Assembly: GCF_021028975.2 (NCBI RefSeq) | Contig: NC_059433.1 | Location: 49,972,001-50,036,000, forward strand | Reading direction: 5' to 3' | Length of the DNA: 64,000 bases | DNA from: Sphaerodactylus townsendi | Taxonomy: Eukaryota | Part shown: one piece after another, positions 1 through 13,810 of the stretch | Numbering within the stretch: the first letter of the stretch is position 1 | Layout: each line of letters begins with the position of its first letter | The notes under the pieces: generated by a model | The model's input: the letters and a program-made list of their open reading frames with translations, nothing else | Databases searched by the model: none | Told to the model about the DNA's origin: nothing | Made by a program: the position numbers and the translations under genes

Positions 1-720
1 GATTTCCAATCTTTAAGAAAATTGTCCATATTCTTGTCATTTTGCAGTGGGCAGGTGATACCAATAGTCCAAATTTCACCAGGTGCTGATCTGATCATGA
101 CAATGGACAAATCTCAAAGCCCTCCACCAATGGACTACCACCCCTTCACTCCGTTATGAACATCATGTAAGGGGTGCACCCTGCTTCATGTGTAGAGCCA
201 GAAACACATTGAGACAGCCCCATAGTTGTCATGGTGACCATGAGGTCCTATGTCATTCCACACAAGGTGTCTTCAAAATGGACATTGAACTCCGCCAGCA
301 CAATAAAGCCTCCAAAACTGCCTCAGTCAGCACACACAGGGATGCTTTTGGGCAGTGGAGTGAAAAAGGTAGAAGGGATTTGATGGGTCATCAGGATGCA
401 AGAGAATTCCTAGACTGTTCTCCTGAGTACCGATTAATTGGTGGTGTGGGTGAAAATTGGGATGAGTAGTGGTCTACTCGAAGTGCTGATTAAAACACCT
501 TAAGGTAAAGCAATGGAGATTAGCCACCCCAATGACTAGCCAAATATATATTTTGAGCCAGGGAAAAAGCACAGCTGCCAACCACCTTCCTGGCTTGGCT
601 CAGCTCCCGAGTGGCATTTATTTTGTATGGAGAAGTGTTTTGCTCCTATGCCAGTCTTGGTCCCATGCCTTTATACCACCCCTTAACGTTAGGAGAGAAC
701 CAACTACTTACAGTGGAGCA

Positions 721-886
721 TGGGGAGGGTGGAATTTGGGGACACCAGGGACTTAATGGGGTGTATAATGCATAGAGTTAACATTCCCAAGTGGCCATTT
801 TATCCAGGGTAACTGTTCTCAATCATCTGCAAATCAGGTGTAATTCTAGGAAATCTCCAGCTACCACCTGGAGGATGGCAACCCTA
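721..886. mobile_element. Short non-autonomous hAT-like element, AGGGTTGCCA/TGGCAACCCT family, left-truncated copy
   Basis: Ends in CCACCTGGAGGATGGCAACCCTA. Interior (GCCATTTT..CCAGGG.AACTG..ATC..GTAATT) aligns by eye with copies at 1178, 18888, 35423 and 38776. Confidence 0.7.
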
Positions 887-1177
887 TGTGTTGTTAATTA
901 TCTATTCCCTATTGGATGACATTTCAATGGGGTTTTCTGCAAAGGAGATTTGCTCAAATAGCATTAGGGTCATTTGGGGAGGACAGTCACTAAAAAAACT
1001 TGGGATTTATTAACAAGGGAGAAGGTTTGGAATAGCTATGTTCGGACTACATTTTATCTAGATCAGGACTTCAATATTTATTAAACCATTTCAGATATTT
1101 TTTCCACTTGAGAATTTAAAAATCTAATAAATTAGCAGATTACAGTTTCTCAACTATAAACTATGGTTAGAATTATT

Positions 1178-1347
1178 GGGTTGCCAGCTCTGGATATTTG
1201 GGGGGTGAAGCCGGGTAGGGCTGGATATAATCCCATAGACCCTACTCTCCAAAGCAGTCATTTTCTCCAAGGGAACTGATTTCCGTCACCTGGAGATCAA
1301 TTGCAGCAGCAGGAAATCTCCAGGTGCCAAGTAGAGTTTGGTAACTC
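1178..1347. mobile_element. Short hAT-like element, AGGGTTGCCA family, internally deleted copy
   Basis: Starts GGGTTGCCAGCTCT and ends TTGGTAACTC (degenerate TIR). Interior shared with 18888-19112. Confidence 0.7.
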
Positions 1348-1499
1348 AAATTATTATACCTTGAAAGTAGAACTCAAGATTATGATGAATTTTTAACTGA
1401 GATGCTTAACAATAAATATCTGTTCTAAAATGTTTCTACTTGCTCCCCTCCCATTTAGTTCCAAATGAAACTCAAAAGTACAGCTTGCAGTTTCTCAAG

Positions 1500-1860
1500 C
1501 CCAGGGTATCTGATGGGCCACTTGCTCCAGTATAAATTTAACAATTCACTTAGCTGCTCATCTGAGGTGCTTCTTTATGTTGCATGCCTTCAGAGGAGAT
1601 GGGGGCAGTGATTAAAAAAAGGCCTTCACCGTACCTTTTTAATTCCTTCCCGGCATCTTCTCTGCTGGAATGTAATTGTTAGGTTGATTGATTTTGCAGC
1701 TTATTTTTTGCAGTATTGCTGTCATTTGTAGTTAATTGGTACATTGGTGATTTTTTCTCATATTAGTAGCTTTTAATGTTAGTTTTATTGCAATTGTCTT
1801 ATTATTCTGTCATCTTCTTTGAAGAGCTTATGGGAAAACTGGAAGTAAATATTTTAAATT
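1500..1860 (+). mobile_element. Old, degraded L2-like LINE 3' remnant
   Basis: Layout resembles the L2 3' end at 40256-40793: end of ORF2, TTG/TTTA-rich UTR, terminal motif, A/T tail. Highly diverged. Confidence 0.35.
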
Positions 1861-2923
1861 GAAGAAGGGAAGAGAATTGCCTTCAGATAACATTTATATT
1901 TATTTCAACAGTATTTACATCTATAAAGTAAGGTTGGATTGGGGTGTAAAGTTGCTAATTAGATTGCTGAATATACATGAAAAACATAACTTTGTTATCA
2001 AAATTGTGATGCAGTTAAAAAGTTTCCCCTTCAGTCGTGTTCGACCCTGGGGTACCACTACAAGCAGTGATGCAATTAGAGTTTCATAATTATGTATAGT
2101 TTTTAAAAAAAAAATGCTTTCACTAAAGTGAAAATGGGACCCATTATCAGAATCCATAGATTTTTGCTTGTCAACAAACCATGTGCAGAAATATATGCAA
2201 TGTTCCATTGCAGAGGGAATAACAAACAAATTTAAATAGAACTCAAAAACTGAGATAGTGGTTTTATGCGCCGTTAAAGCCCTCACATATTTCAATCTTC
2301 AGGAACTTCCTATGCATATTAATGGTAGCAATACAGCCCTGAGACAATAGGTAACAGAAACACCCATCCAGGCTGATTTTGACTCCGGTTTAGCAGTTGC
2401 TAGTGGGTAAGTATGGCATACATATTGTGAAAATGATGTTGAAGTTTCTCAGTAATAGTTATAATTTTAAATAATATGTTTGAAAAGAGGAGAATTGATG
2501 TTCATTCAAAAGCCTTGTGGGTGTGTGTCTCTCAGTTAAGTGAGAGTAAAATATTATGATATGCCACTGGTGTAGAATGCCATTGCCTCTGTGCAAGTTG
2601 TTTGACAGAGAATATATGCTGGGCTTTTAAAAACTGCACTGATAAATTTGCAATGCCTTGGTGTGTGTTTAGAATTAAGTATGGCTCATTTGGTTTTCAT
2701 GTAGGTGGCTTATGATTAAACCTTAAGCAGCTGAAACCAGTATTCAGGTGGTTAACTAATATACCTTCACAGAAGGCAGAAAGATTTGATTCCTCATTTT
2801 GCCTACATCAAGAAGGATAGAGAAGGAAGAACTGGATGCGAATACTTTCGAAGGTAGAGTTGCCCTTAGCATCAGACTGAATAAATTGCAGGTGGACAAA
2901 TAAAGCACCTAGGAAGTGTCTAT

Positions 2924-3186
2924 GGATGATTCCGCACAAGGCAAATATAACAGGTGTAGGGGGCAATACAAACCATTCAGGGGTGGGGGGACTTCACACA
3001 GGTTCTGTTCCCAAAATGAGTTTGTCTCATTTTATTTCCCTCAACCCAGGATTTTCAAAAACAACCAAAAAAAGTATTTTGGAAAATTTCCAAAACCAAA
3101 GTGGGGAGAAAACAATGTGGAACTCCATGGAGGAAACATTTTATTTCCACCCTGAAAGGTCATAAATGGCATATGCAGAAAAGGCC
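2924..3186. mobile_element. PIF/Harbinger-like MITE
   Basis: Left end GGATGATTCCGCACAAGGC, right end ATATGCAGAAAAGGCC. Interior (CATTTTATTTCCCTCAACCCAGGATTTTCAAAAA) matches the element starting at 23291. Confidence 0.6.
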
Positions 3187-4984
3187 TTACTCATATAAAT
3201 TTACAAAATGTAAACATGGAACTTGAATTAAGCAAAAAATTGTGGCCTTCTATATAATAAAAGCAATTTTCAACCATTCATTTGCATACCATAGCTAAAA
3301 GTGAGTTGAGCTTTTGATGCTATATGACTGCAGTTTGAACAGCTGTTCTTATTCTGCATCTTGCTAACCATCCTTTGCCAGCTTAAATTGTTGCCTGTGA
3401 TATCATTAGTACCAAACTTCCTGTTACAAATTTTCTTTGAATTTTCTTATTTTAAAGTGCACATCGTCCTTTATTCAATTTCAAATCCGTTCTGGAAAAT
3501 TACATTTGTTAGAATTGTTTAGAGTGAATTGCAGAACAAAGGCAGGAACTTTTGTACAGTCTTTTTTGTTCACATCAAACAGCTATGCTATTCTCTTATG
3601 AGGATGAAAGGTGTACATATATTTGAAGAATACAATGTCCATACGGTTTAATCTGCAATCTTATGTTCAGAGGGGTTTGTAAATCGATTCTTCACTAGAT
3701 GTTGTGAAACTTGTGGATTGAAGATAAATTGCTGAATTCCAAGAGAATACAACACAAAGAAAATCATTAGTCTTGACAATCTCTTAGCAAGCAAAAGATG
3801 GCAGCGCACTCTTGGTTCTTGTAAAATAATACACAGTTCTTCAAAAGCTACAAAGGATAATCTTATAAATCACAGCAATTATTTATTCAAAATGAGTTTA
3901 CTTACGAATAAATTGCCCCAAACACCTTAAGAGTGCTTTCTTTCTGAGAACTGAAGTTGGGTATCATTAATAGGAGGAAAATCTTTTCCATTAAATCCCA
4001 ACAGCTATGTTAATAGCAGTGCTTTTGTTTCTAGTTTTTTTTTTATTAACTCACTTTTTCTGACCTATTTTTTTCACTGGGGAAAATATGGTACTTGAGA
4101 TACACAGAATGCTTGTAGGCCAAAGGTTCCTTGAGTCTATGTGACATGGTAACAACATCTGGAGAAATCTGCCTGACAAGAGCTTTCACGAATCTCTAAC
4201 AGAAACTCAGATTATCAGAGAGTAGAGCCTCCCCCACATGCACTTCTCTGCAGCCTTTGTAAATTTATGATTCCTCAGATCACTTGGCTGCCTAGCTCCA
4301 GAAATTAAAATATATTTTACTTTTCTTTCTGTGACATTAAAAATGCATTGCAATGAATAATATAGCAGGGCTGTGTATAAAACGAAAGTGTCTGCATCCC
4401 GTTTGAATGTTTGTTCTTCAGCACAGATTCTCTGAGGGAAACTTATTGAAAGGATGAACGGTAATTTAATTTTTTATCATAAGCATTAGTGGCAAATAAA
4501 GGACAAAAGTGCTTTGCACGGCTAAAGAAAAGGAAGAGATATTTATCATGGGGAAAAATTGCATCCAGATTAAGTCTTTTGCAGTGCATATTCATTTGTC
4601 GTTCAAAGAGAGGCAATAAGAAGATTAATATGCAGGCTCTACAAACATTTCCTATTTATGTCACAAGCAGCAAAATATCGAAGTAACTTACCATGAAAGA
4701 ATGCTTAAGCCAAAGTACAGTAGATAGAAGCTTTGGTGAAAAATGCAAGATGATGAAGAGAGCAGACTGCTTTAAGCCTTTTTTAGGCATTTTTTTCGAG
4801 CACTCCTGTGTTATATATCAGGGGAACATACTGTAGGTATACACAATCACTATTTTGTATGAAATACATAAGATCTATATTTTCAGTTATGGTACACCCA
4901 AAAACCAATTTTTGATTATATTCATGTGCTTATACTAAAGCAGCAAAATGTGTGCATCATCATGTGTAGCATGATGTAGCGGTG

Positions 4985-5054
4985 TTGTACACCGCCCAGA
5001 GCCCTCCGGGGATAGGGCAGTATAGAAAACTAAACAACAAACAAACAAACAAAC
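4985..5054 (+). mobile_element. L2-type LINE/SINE 3' terminus with (AAAC)n tail
   Basis: CCGCCCAGAGCCCTCCGGGGATAGGGCAG stem-loop matches the L2 3' end at 40725-40760, followed by AAACAAAC repeats. Confidence 0.7.
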
Positions 5055-6313
5055 ACCTGGGGAGCACTTTGAACATGAAGCCTCAGTCAGTTACTGTGTC
5101 ACATGGGCTATAAGCCTGCAGTGATTGGGCTGGTCCTCTAGTAGCTCTGGACATGAAAGTTTTTTTCTGTTTCTGAAAGTGTTACCTTTATGATTAAATT
5201 AACGAATCTGCAGCTTCCCAGTAATCCATCAGGCAACTTAAAAGTCAATATTTTAAAAACTTTTGGAGGTTAAGGCAACCTGGATATTTGAATAGCACAG
5301 TTGCTATTCCCATTTCTGCTCTGTGGCCCCATAGATCTACCTATCTTCTTCCTTCCAGAAACATGCATTCCAAAAAAATAATGAACTGGGTCTTTATTAT
5401 GGTTTTTTGTGTTTGGGAGGATACATAGATTTGCATCAGCTGAAAATTCAGCCTAGAACTTTGTTGTTAATATAGGAGGGGAATACTCAAAGCTATTCAC
5501 AGTGAAAGTTATTTATCTTAGTTCCACTTTACAGGAAAATTTACTGGTGAAACTAGAGTGCATCTCACAATCCAAGAAAGTACCTTCTCTGTTGTGGCAC
5601 CAGGGAGATCTATCTAATCCCCTCAATCATTGTCTTTTGCCAGCAGGTGAAGACTTTTCTTCATGATAGATTAATAGATAGTTTCTAAAAGCTGATTTCA
5701 AAGTCTTTTTAATTGTCATGCTGTTTCAAACAAATAAGCAAAAAAAATTAGCAAGTTTGTAGATTTTAAGGAAACTGAAGTGACAGCTGTTCTGCTATTA
5801 TTGTAGTTTCCTGACTTCTCATCTTAGGAAGAACCTGTTTTGTGGTCAAAAAGCATTAAAAGAAATATAATTGAAACTACAGCATTGATCTCATTCTTGT
5901 CATCTGCATCACAGGATGTGGGCAGAGCTCCACCCAGGTGGATAGGATTCTAGTAGAGGCTTTTCACATGACAACACATGATGCAGTTAAATCAAAGAGC
6001 ATAGCAATCCAAATTACAACCATGGTCACAATGCTTTGGGACAAGAACCCTCATACAAATTGTATAATGCAATTCTGTCATACACCAGAATGGGGGGAAA
6101 GCTTCAACTGTCACTTCTGTGCCTTCTCACACACACTCACCCTTATAAAACAAGTATGTTGGTGAATATAAGAGGCATATTGAAATCTGAATATTTAATC
6201 ACATAATTTATTTCATAGCAAGGTATTAATGTACATAAATTCAGATGCAAGGGAAAGATTGTGAAAATATTTTTGTTTGTTTCCTGAGTGAATCTGCATT
6301 TTTATACTATGTA

Positions 6314-7318
6314 CTAGCGGGGCCCAGCCACGCGTTGCTGTGGCTTATTGTGGTGAAATGGAAAAGGAACAGTAGCAGCAAATCAATTGCAGAGGCCAGC
6401 AGTACGTGCTCATGCAAACACGCAGCCTGATACTGTGCGATGTCATTGATGTGTGTGCCCGCATTTCTTGGAGGGGAATGGAAAGGCACCCCTCCCACAC
6501 ATCTAGGCTGGCTGGTCATGATCCTTTACCTGGGAGTAAGTTTGGTTGGTGGCAATGGGTGTCGCTTCTAAGGAAACCCTCTGAAGGGTGCGACACAGCC
6601 ATTCAAAGTATGTCACAGTTGCTGTACCGAAGCATACTCCTGAGTAATGCGCGTCTGGTTTTCTTAACTGTAACCACAATAGCTCAGGAAAATCTAGGGT
6701 GCTCTGGCCCCTCCCTCCCTTCCCTTGCATGTCGCCTCCTCACTCTCCCTCACTTCTCTCTTCCCTTGCATGCCACTCCTCCCTCCTTCCCTTCCCTTTC
6801 CCCTCCACTCATAGGGTGGGTGGGTCATATCAAGATGCTGGGCCCCTTCTGCCTCCCTCACTCTCTCCCCTCACTTCTCTTCCTGCATGCCACCCCTCAC
6901 TGTCTCCCTTCCTCTCACTTCCTATCTTCTCTTGCATGCCACCCTCCCTCCCTCTCTCCTCCCTTCCCTCTCCCCTCATGTGTATGTGTGTGTAGGTGTT
7001 TCACTTCCACTCAAGTCACTGCCTATGCGTACTTGTTTTCACTGCTCATATCTTGGCCATCTGAGGGAACATTCTAAGCAGCACTGAACATTCTAAGGGT
7101 GACAGTTACACACAGGCAGCTGCATGTCCTTCACCAGGGAGCACCAGGAAAAAGGCGTTTTTTCTGGGACAGGTAAAAGTCAGGTATGTGAACATCTAAA
7201 AACACTCTCGCCTGGCTGACTATAGTGGCTGGGAATTTTCAGAGGAATTGGCCCAGCAGTTACTGAGGTATACTGTCATCAACAAAAACACTGTTAGCTT
7301 TATATATAGATAGATAGA
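6314..7318 (-). mobile_element. Non-autonomous Helitron
   Basis: On the minus strand it starts A|TCTATCTATCTATATATAAA and ends CTAG|T. There is a subterminal hairpin AGCCAC-N8-GTGGCT (6326-6345) and no TSD, all canonical Helitron termini. Confidence 0.8.
6710..6990 (+). repeat. Polypyrimidine imperfect tandem repeat inside the Helitron
   Basis: Recurring (TCT/CCT)TGCATGCCAC(C/T)CCTC units separated by CT-rich tracts. Confidence 0.75.
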
Positions 7319-8040
7319 TTACTTGTCTTGGAAGCCACCAACAAGATTGTACTGCATTTCAGACTCTAAAGTTGCAATATGAGGAATATGGCAACAGGAG
7401 AAAAAAGAATATAGTGGAAATTTAAATAGCATTTTGGCTCACTAATCAATATGTATCTTGTTAGGTCATAAATCTCTGTGGCATTTTTAGGTTCTGGATT
7501 TTAGGGACCATTGTTTTCAGTGGACAACCATTTTAAGGGTCTAAGACAGCATCCATTAAAGATGACAAAATTTACTCTGAACAGAGTGCTTCCTCTCCTC
7601 TAAGACCTCCCCCCCCCCTTAATTTCAAACACATGCAACAAAAGGGTTCTATTTTACTGGATCCTGAAGTAGACAACTTTCTGTGCACACACCCCTCTTA
7701 ATACATTATAAATAGTGGGAAACTGACAGGATCTGGAGGAATTGAAAGAAAGGATACTATTGCCTGGAAAAACAAGTGGAATCAAAGAACAACATGATGA
7801 GCACATGTGCACGCTACTGACTTGGTAAGCACCCAAACTTGAAAACAACTGAGACATTTTTCGGGTAGGCTAGTTTCATTTCCCTAAATATTTCAGATTC
7901 CTAATACCATTCTGGAAAACATCTGTGATAACCCAAAACAATTTTCATATACGTTTTTGACTTGGGAATTCTGTAACATCCCAGTGGACTGAAATGTAAG
8001 TTTGGCCTGATGTTTTAGTTGGTCAGCAGAAAAGATTGAA

Positions 8041-8435
8041 ATTTAATTTAATTTAAAATTTAATCATGGGATTTATATCCCACCCTAACCTCAAAGGGCT
8101 CAGGGCAGGTCACAATATAAAATCAGTTATACAGTTACTAAAATCATTACCATAAAAGTATAAATCCAATATTAGAACAATTAAAATAATACAATTAAAA
8201 TAATAAAACAACATTCAGTATAAAATGGTTACTAGATGTCAAAAAACTGATGGCAAAAGTTAATACATAATAAATAATAATCACCAATCCCTCCTTCCCT
8301 TCCCTTCCCTTCCCTCCCCCTCCTCCCCCATTTGGTCTGGCAAGCTAGATGGGAAAGGCCTGTTGGAACAGCCATGTCTTGCAGGCCCTGCAGAATTGTG
8401 ACAACTCCCGCAGGGCTCTGACATCACTTGGTAGG
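8041..8435 (-). mobile_element. L2 LINE 3' fragment
   Basis: (ATTTA)n tail and AAAGGGCTCAGGGC terminal motif. GCCTGTTGGAACAGCCATGTCTTGCAGGCCCTGCAGAATT matches the L2 at 47140-47200. Confidence 0.75.
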
Positions 8436-8456
8436 ATATCTTTCTATCATTTTGAA

Positions 8457-8770
8457 ATTTTTTATTTGAAATTTAATTTATGTACCGCCCTCCCCCGGAG
8501 GGCTCAGGGTAGTGTACAACACAATAATAAACAGCAATACATTAATACAGTAGGACTAACATGAACCATGGATAAACAACAATAAGCCAGTATAATGAGC
8601 ATAATGAGCATAATAACAACATCGTTTGCAAAAAACCCTAACATAGTCCAACACCAGTTCAATAATACTTATTACACAGTAATACTAAATATTCCTATCA
8701 CAGGTCAACAATTCATAACATAACCATCATAACACTTCATAACATTTTGTAATAGCATAACACTATACAA
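8457..8770 (-). mobile_element. Second L2-type 3' end plus AAC/ATA-rich UTR
   Basis: TACCGCCCTCCCCCGGAGGGCTCAGGG is the reverse complement of the L2 terminal stem-loop seen at 4990 and 40728. Confidence 0.6.
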
Positions 8771-11700
8771 TCATGAAAGCTGATTATATAGGATCAATAA
8801 AAACTTGAAATTCAGCAGGTCTGGCCATAAACCAAAATTCCCAAACTTGGAAATAAATTCACATTTTATATACTCTTTATGGATTCTATAAGGGTGAATA
8901 GGAAGAGGTTTTTAATTTGTCCTGTTGAGTTAGTACCTATGATTTTCTTTCCTGTTTTTTATTTCCTGGTATTGTAATAATTTTTGGATTAAATGGTAAG
9001 AAATTATTTGGGAGCAAGCTAATACTGTTGTTTGAATTTTGTCATATTTTGAAACAGCTTTTGAATGTAGTACCCACTTAAGCAATAACCTTGATCAAAC
9101 ATTTCCTAACTGATCTCTGCTGTCAACTTAGATTGCAGTCTGTATTGCATATGGCTAGCCTTTCTGATTTGATTGATTTTAAAGAGCTTGCTCTAAACAA
9201 CATGTGGTGTCATTATTATATTAAGAATTTGTCTGCTCTGTACAAGATATATCTGTTGATCAAATAAGAAGGGCTCAAGAGAATGAATGTGAGCCGTAAA
9301 AGGAGGAATGTTAGCTTCAGGACTGAGTTTTGCATTTTGAATTGACAAATGTTTTATATGTAGTATCTAGAGAACTCCTGTGATAGTGCTTGTATATGAT
9401 TTCACTCTTTCAGCTGAATGTAACCTTTATTATCTGTTTAGGTCATGTAAGTAACTGGTTTTATTTCTGACAATTCAGTGGATTGGATGATTTTATCCTT
9501 AGGGTGTAACTGATTGCCATGTGTGAGTTTGCCATTATTTTCCCCCTCTTGAGTTCCTTCTAGCATCCTAAAAACACTCAAGTAAAGCAAAGGAATATGA
9601 TAGTCTACTATGGTATATCCTATAGCTCAGTCCTTAAGACTTATTGCAACAATATGTTGATGCTGCTGCTATAGGTAGCTGTTATTCTGTGTTCTCTCAA
9701 CAAGATATGATAGGGAAAACTTAAGCCAAATAGCTGAGAGAATGGCAACAGCACTGCAGAGCATGGCAACACCACTGATAAAATCCATGTCTTTACCCAC
9801 ACAGGAAAGGAGCTAATCAACGTAACCTACTCCAGCATCTTCTGTGATGTCATCAAGCCCACCCCACCTATCCATAAGAAGATCAAGGAAACAAAGTTGA
9901 CACAATATTTCCAGCTGCATCAAGGCAGGACAGTAGCATAACCAATAAGTGCCTTCTGACTCTCACATTCTGAGGACCTCAGTAGATATGTTTTTGAGTT
10001 TCCATTTGCAAACACAGGTCCTTTAAACAAGTGCATTAAATGAGGGAAGCAGAAGCCATCCAAGCATATTACTCATCCAAGCACATTATCCAGAAAGGGA
10101 TACCAGAGAGGTAACCCAGTGATCTCTCCCAGACCAGTTTTCTGGTTTGGGAATATTTTCCATAGAGGAAATGAAGACAGAACAAGGGGAATGGAGATCA
10201 GAGATGACATAACTGCACAGATATAGAAGACATGGGATCATCTGCTGAGTAGAACATTGTTGTGGGAAACAGAAGTGAATGGTCTGAATTCTCCTTAGGA
10301 AAAAGCTGAGGATATGGCAAAGTTCGTCATTTGCCACAACAATCCTACCAGCAGCAAAACCAAAGAAAGGACAAAATCAAAACCCACACATCATGCACAG
10401 CCCTATTGGAAGGAAGCCTGGAGTCAACCAAAGAGTCACAGAGTCAGAAATAATGTTCAGTAGTTGCAACAGACAGCTTTGTGGACTCTGGCACTTTGTA
10501 CCTGGTGCTAAGTTATGGATTTGGAGATGGGCACAACCTGGGTTCTCTTCTAACTTTCATATTGTACTCCCACTTTTGATGTACACATGCACAGATTCAC
10601 CTTTTGGAGTTAAGATAATGTCATCATTAAAGTTTCTGTATCTGTATACAGTTTCTGTATGTTCTACTCACTTTGGCCAGGCTGTGATTATGCAGTGCAA
10701 TATGGATTATCCATGTTTGGCCAGCGTTAACAATGGTTGTAATGAAGCCCCTGGTGCATTTTGTTGTGTGGCCAATGGGGAGTGGCTGCTATGTGTACTT
10801 GCCAAAGAACTCTGAAGTGAGATTTGCACCCAATACTTAATAGTATTTCTGTATGTGTGTTCAGGTATGCCCTGTCACCAAAGAATAACAGCAGGCATAT
10901 AGTAACCACTTGCACAGGTTCATTGTTATAGTTTCTATTACTCTGATTTCCTTAATTTGCTTCAGCCTAGTTCTATGGCAATAACATTATTGTTTAGCTT
11001 ATACATGGCAAGTGTGACAGAGTCTTCCAGCCTCTTCCCACTTTCTAAGCAATAGGTGCTCTTCCCAAAGACAGGGATGCCCATGCAATAGTGGGTAATG
11101 CAAGATGATTTGAGGAACAGCAATGTGGTATTTCTAATCAATCACTTTGATCCACATTGCATAGAGACTGGCCATGGGTATGTATGTGTATATATATATG
11201 CATAATGAAATTTAAATGTATGTGCTATTAGCAACCCTGAAATATGTTTAACATGGGATATGTTCTTTTTCTGCCTGTTTCTCTGTTTCTAACAATGTCG
11301 AGGCCAATTTGAGCAGCAGAGACATGGGTCATAGGGAAAAGTGGAAATGAGCGAAGAGAAGTACTTGAGTAGAGAAATATAAGGTGATCCTATTTTGTGA
11401 AAGCACTTTAAAGCACTTTGAAAAAATAACAGCAGTCTCAAAGGATTCCTGATGGAGCAGTCTCACATTCAGTAATTTGCTCTGAAGGCTCTCTGATATG
11501 TGCAGAGCCTGAAAATGTCACCATTTTTCATCTTTACTCTCTGGGGTGTCCAGCAAAGCACCTAGGGGCAAGGAGAAAGATTTCACTGCCATACAACCTT
11601 CTACAACTAAAAACAACTGAATGTGGACCCTTTTCCCGAAAGCAAAACACTTTGTGATTCATTCCTGTACTATAGCCTAATATCCCATGCTTAAACATGC

Positions 11701-12436
11701 TCCTTGAATATGTCACATTGTTTTCAGTGGGACATTTTGCCACATAATTGGCCACTATCCAGCAGAGAATTCAAAGTATTTAAATGCATCAAAGGCATTC
11801 TAAATCATGTTTTCCACCAATTGTACCAGTCTGCAGCTTTCTACATGTTCTATGCTGGATTATGGGCAGCACATTTAAGCTTGTGGTCTCTTCCCCCTTC
11901 ATTATGGATGAGTAATCAGTTTTTAATGTTTTATGTCTGTTTGATCAACTGATTGATATGTATATGCCTTGCTGGATAATTTTTTCTACTTATTTAAACT
12001 AAGAATGCATATCTGAGGGGAAGGATTTGAGGAGATGGATAAAAGAAAATAGGGAATCAACAGAAAACCCAAATGAATTGTTTGCACTAGAATTTATTGC
12101 AGTGATGTTGGAAGAAAGACTTCATCTAAACCATCGATTTGATCCAACACTTTTTTCCCACCAGTGGAAGGGCATTTTTTTGCAAGGAGACAAAGAAGTA
12201 TTCTCTCCAGCTATCCTACTGCAGACTCCATATCATACCCAGTGCTGTTTATGGGGTCCCCTGAGTAGTTTTTGAGCATACAGCAGAACAAGGGAGACAG
12301 GGAAATTCTGCCCTATGAAAAGTTTACTGGTATGCCTTTGCCACCTCATGTGAGTCACTTTTCTCTGGTACACTGAATGTGGCTATATATTTTTCCACCT
12401 AAGATTAAGTGTTTACAAAAGTTCTTTGACTCCCTG

Positions 12437-13306
12437 TGTTACCCGAAATGATGGGAGTCTGTCCCTTTCAGAGTGTGGGAATTATTGAGAGCAGACTGTT
12501 GGCTTAGCAGAAGGTTGGGCAAGCTCAGGGTCTTTGTTGCCTACGTATATCAAGATCAACTTCACAAGAAATGTCTCAGAACAGCAAAATAAAGTGTAAC
12601 ACTTTTAGGGATAATGGGGGTACACAAGCACACAATAAACAAAGCAGCAGAACACACACACACAGTCCTAAGATATAAGCATTACTGAGTGGATAGGTTT
12701 GGAGCAGATGAAGGAAACTGGGAAGTAAGGTTTATGGTCACCTAATCTTGGATCAGAATGGTCTGATGAACAGAGCTGAGCAGCTCACACTTAGCTCTGG
12801 TAGAAAAAAGAACAATGTATTGTGGGACAATATCAACAGACAGAAAGGTGTCCAGAGATATTAAACACTGGCTACTGGAAGAGGGGGCTTCTTATAGGGG
12901 AAAAATGAAGGGAAAAATGTAGAAAAGAGGAACAGAAGTTAAGAAAAGAGGAACAGTTGTTTTATTCACTACAACACATTAACAGGAATCTCTGACTGAA
13001 AAGACAAAACGAAGAAAAGAAAAGTGAAACAGACTGATGGAAAGGATCTTGCACCTACAATGGAATTGTCCAATTTACAGAAGTAATTTGCTGCCTTTGT
13101 CTGTACCTAACTCAAAACTGCTGTCTCATTTCAAATGCACAGGCACACAAAATGTATTTCTGTAGCAAGGTAAGGAAAGAGGCACTTCCTTTTCATCTTG
13201 CTGCTTATGATTTAGTTCCATCTGATCAAACTTCTGCTTTATTCAAAGTTCAGGTCTAAATAATTTGATAAGGTTTTATCAAAAGGGATCTCCTGCAAGA
13301 CCAACA
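12437..13306 (-). mobile_element. Solo LTR (old LTR-retroelement family, copy 1)
   Basis: TGTT...AACA termini. About 450 bp align by eye with 36778-36917 plus 37466-37785, e.g. shared GCTACTGGAAGAGGGGGCTTCTTATAGGGGAAAA. No clean TSD. Confidence 0.7.
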
Positions 13307-13323
13307 CAGCTGTGCTAGACCAA

Positions 13324-13810
13324 GGCCCTATCCGCACAGGCCAAATATCCTAACAGGCAGCCAGGATACACGGCCCCAAAACTTTCTGGGTCATTTGCAT
13401 GGCCTAGGGCAGGGGTCTATGGGACCACAGTGGGTTGCCACCATGGCTCTGCACAGAGCTGCTGCTGCCTCCCACTCCCCAACTCCCTGGGGCCATGGGA
13501 CCCTCCCCCCAGCCTGGCCAGTATTGCAGCTACATCACAGCTGTAGCCAGTGTCGCAGCACAGGGGGGCAAAGGGGATGGTGCAGTCGCCGTCAAACCGA
13601 TTCCCCGTTGGGCTGTTTGCTCAGCCCCACCTCCATGCCAGGTTTTACAAAAAGAATTGCAACAAGTGAGATTCACGTAAAATCTGGCATGGGGTGGGGG
13701 GTTCCCCCGGGATTCACCCGGTTTAGGGACAGGAACTGTGCAAAGTTCCCACCCAAACTGGGTTACATCCTGCCTCCACCATGGAATATTTGGCCCATGC
13801 AGAAGGGGTC
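13324..13810. mobile_element. PIF/Harbinger-like MITE
   Basis: TIRs GGCCCTATCCGCACAGGCCAAATATCC / GGAATATTTGGCCCATGCAGAAGGGGTC; 3-bp TSD CAA at 13321-13323 and 13811-13813. Confidence 0.8.

Noticed and set aside
188-469. ORF containing AREFLD, reminiscent of the Penelope GIY-YIG C-terminal motif
   Set aside because: Six-residue resemblance only; no other GIY-YIG or RT motifs nearby.
1921-2295. Minus-strand ORF with SDNGSHF, resembling a retroviral integrase motif
   Set aside because: No other DDE residues or surrounding integrase similarity; the rest reads like translated AT-rich non-coding DNA.
6406-7077. 223-aa ORF
   Set aside because: Lies within a Helitron and runs through a low-complexity CT tract that lacks stop codons.
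7730-7824. Open frame DLEELKERILLPGK... ending at a GTAAGC donor
   Set aside because: No polypyrimidine tract before the AG, length not divisible by 3, peptide not recognised.
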